Source of the DNA: an uncultured Methanosarcinales archaeon
GTDB taxonomy: Archaea; Nanobdellota; Nanobdellia; Woesearchaeales; GCA-2686295
Assembly (NCBI GenBank): GCA_964402995.1
Contig: CAYOEA010000007.1
Location: 78,300-103,772, forward strand
DNA length: 25,473 bases
Direction of reading: 5' to 3'
Below the pieces are notes generated by a model. It saw only the letters and a list, made by a program, of their open reading frames with translations. It ran no database searches and was not told the DNA's origin. The translations under genes were made by a program, and so were the position numbers. Positions 24,527-25,473 of the stretch are shown here, piece by piece. How positions within the stretch are numbered: the first letter of the stretch is position 1; the number at the start of each line of letters is the position of its first letter.

Positions 24527-25327
24527 TCAGTCCAAAGGAGACTTTACCTTCAAAACATCTTTTTTAGCAACATAAGCGTAAGTCAAAGTAGTATCAATAT
24601 TTGCATGACCAAGCAAACGTTGAATATAAGAAATATCAACTCCTGATTCTAATAAATGAGTTGCGAAAGAATGTCTTAAACAATGAGGTGAAACAGACTT
24701 TGAAATACCAACTCGTTTTGCACTACGAGAAACAATTAATTGAATTGAAGAAGGAGAATATTTCTTGAGATGAGAAGAAAGAAAAACAAAACCAGACCTA
24801 TTAGAAGATAATTTTTTCAAAGCAGATTTAACCTTCGAAGAAAGCATAACGATTCGATCTTTGCGACCCTTAGCAAACTTAATATGAACAATAGAGCGAA
24901 CAAAATCAATATCAGACCAACGAAGAGAAATAAGTTCAGAAAGACGAAGACCAGCAGAATAAAGAAACATAATAACTAAGCGATGTTTCAAATTATTAGT
25001 AGACATAATCATTCGCTCAATTTCAGACTTAGATAAAATAATAGGAAGCTTATTATCACGCTTATGATTCGGTACCTTGCAAGCCTCAGAAAAATTAAAA
25101 AGACGAAGATAAAATTTACAAGCAAAACCCGCTTGACGAATAGAAGCAGATTTAAAACCAGCAACAACAAGAGAATCTATGAATCCATTCAAAGACAAAG
25201 CAGAACTAAGAAACTTTGAAACATGAAACTTATAAGCAGAAAAAGTCTTAGAAGAATAACCACGAACACGACACTCAACAGCCAATTTCTCAACCCAACC
25301 AAGGACAAAATAAGGAGATCGTTCCAT
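24527..25327 (-). CDS. tyrosine recombinase / integrase (XerC/D-XerA-like, phage-integrase family), compositionally atypical
   Basis: 266 aa. It has an N-terminal SAM-like core-binding domain (VLGWVEKLAVECRVRGYSSKTFSAYKFHV). The catalytic domain has Arg (GLRLSEL), HCLRHSFATHLL (the HxxR box) and LLGHANIDTTLTYAYV (catalytic Tyr). The sense strand is T-rich and A-poor, unlike all other genes in the window. Confidence 0.9.
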   Translation of the reverse strand: MERSPYFVLGWVEKLAVECRVRGYSSKTFSAYKFHVSKFLSSALSLNGFIDSLVVAGFKSASIRQAGFACKFYLRLFNFSEACKVPNHKRDNKLPIILSKSEIERMIMSTNNLKHRLVIMFLYSAGLRLSELISLRWSDIDFVRSIVHIKFAKGRKDRIVMLSSKVKSALKKLSSNRSGFVFLSSHLKKYSPSSIQLIVSRSAKRVGISKSVSPHCLRHSFATHLLESGVDISYIQRLLGHANIDTTLTYAYVAKKDVLKVKSPLD

Positions 25328-25388
25328 AAAAAGACTAAGAACAAGATAACTTCATAACAATTACTAAACAAAATAGTAAATATTTCCG

Positions 25389-25424
25389 ATAACACCCATA
25401 AAAATTCTTTTTAATGGGTGTTAT
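25389..25424. promoter_or_regulatory. perfect 11-bp inverted repeat ATAACACCCAT-(14 nt)-ATGGGTGTTAT about 60 bp upstream of the recombinase start
   Basis: Read directly: arms at 25389-25399 and 25414-25424 with a 14-nt A/T-rich spacer. Confidence 0.7.
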
Positions 25425-25457
25425 ACGCAATTCAAAAAATATTTTTCTAAGAGGTAA

Positions 25458-25473
25458 AATGATGATAGGCTTT
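25458..25473 (+). CDS. possible 5' end of a downstream CDS (MMIGF..., partial)
   Basis: AAGAGGT RBS-like motif 5 nt before ATGATG at the window edge. Only 5 codons are visible. Confidence 0.2.

Noticed and set aside
25189-25395. 68-aa ORF (L/F/V-rich) on the minus strand
   Set aside because: It is a different frame of the recombinase gene's 5' end, and its hydrophobic translation simply reflects the T-rich sense strand.
25446-25473. C/D-box sRNA start (AATGATGA matches C-box RUGAUGA)
   Set aside because: The same bases form ATGATG after an AAGAGGT RBS and are more simply the start of a protein gene. No D box can be assessed because the window ends.

Overview
The window is AT-rich archaeal chromosomal DNA of about 25.5 kb. 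It is archaeal because it carries aCPSF1/FttA-type KH+beta-CASP ribonuclease, a proteasome beta subunit, the uL1–uL10(P0)–P1 stalk genes, diphthine synthase and class-III (prepilin-type) signal peptides. The small, K/E/N-rich proteins make a DPANN-like lineage plausible, but that cannot be shown from sequence alone.

The left half (about 0.4–12.7 kb) is a compact type IV pilus (Tad/Epd-like) assembly locus. It contains:
- a 644-aa cysteine-rich secreted protein;
- two proteins with N-terminal anchors;
- a winged-helix-like protein translationally coupled to a K/E-rich repeat protein;
- a FlaI/TadA-type secretion ATPase;
- two TadC/FlaJ-like (T2SSF) membrane proteins;
- three tandem pilin paralogues sharing the processed N-terminus KG|QAALEFL (Gln+1, Glu+5);
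- a Sec-secreted protein.

The right half contains housekeeping genes and one tRNA: psmB, aCPSF1, tRNA-Ser(GGA), uL1, uL10/P0, P1, a coiled-coil protein, diphthine synthase, an SPFH/band-7 protein, a lipoprotein and a U32 peptidase. A tyrosine recombinase sits at the right edge.

Features not explained by the genes:
- Three perfect ~57-bp tandem repeats lie immediately upstream of, and run into, the TTG start of a gene of unknown function. That gene has a paralogue directly upstream, and the repeats resemble the paralogue's N-terminal coding sequence.
- A 43-bp direct repeat pair begins in the stop codon of the second TadC-like gene.
- A conserved hairpin+palindrome intergenic element occurs at least twice (13.5 kb and 21.8 kb), with a related palindrome in front of the tRNA.
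- A 20-bp direct repeat of the tRNA-Ser 3' end lies 72 bp downstream of the tRNA (att-like footprint).
- The tyrosine recombinase gene has strikingly atypical strand composition, suggesting foreign origin, and an 11-bp perfect inverted repeat lies just upstream of it.

No rRNA and no CRISPR array were seen. Coordinates of starts were adjusted to ATG where the ORF track used TTG/GTG and a GGTGA/GGAGG ribosome-binding site supports the ATG.
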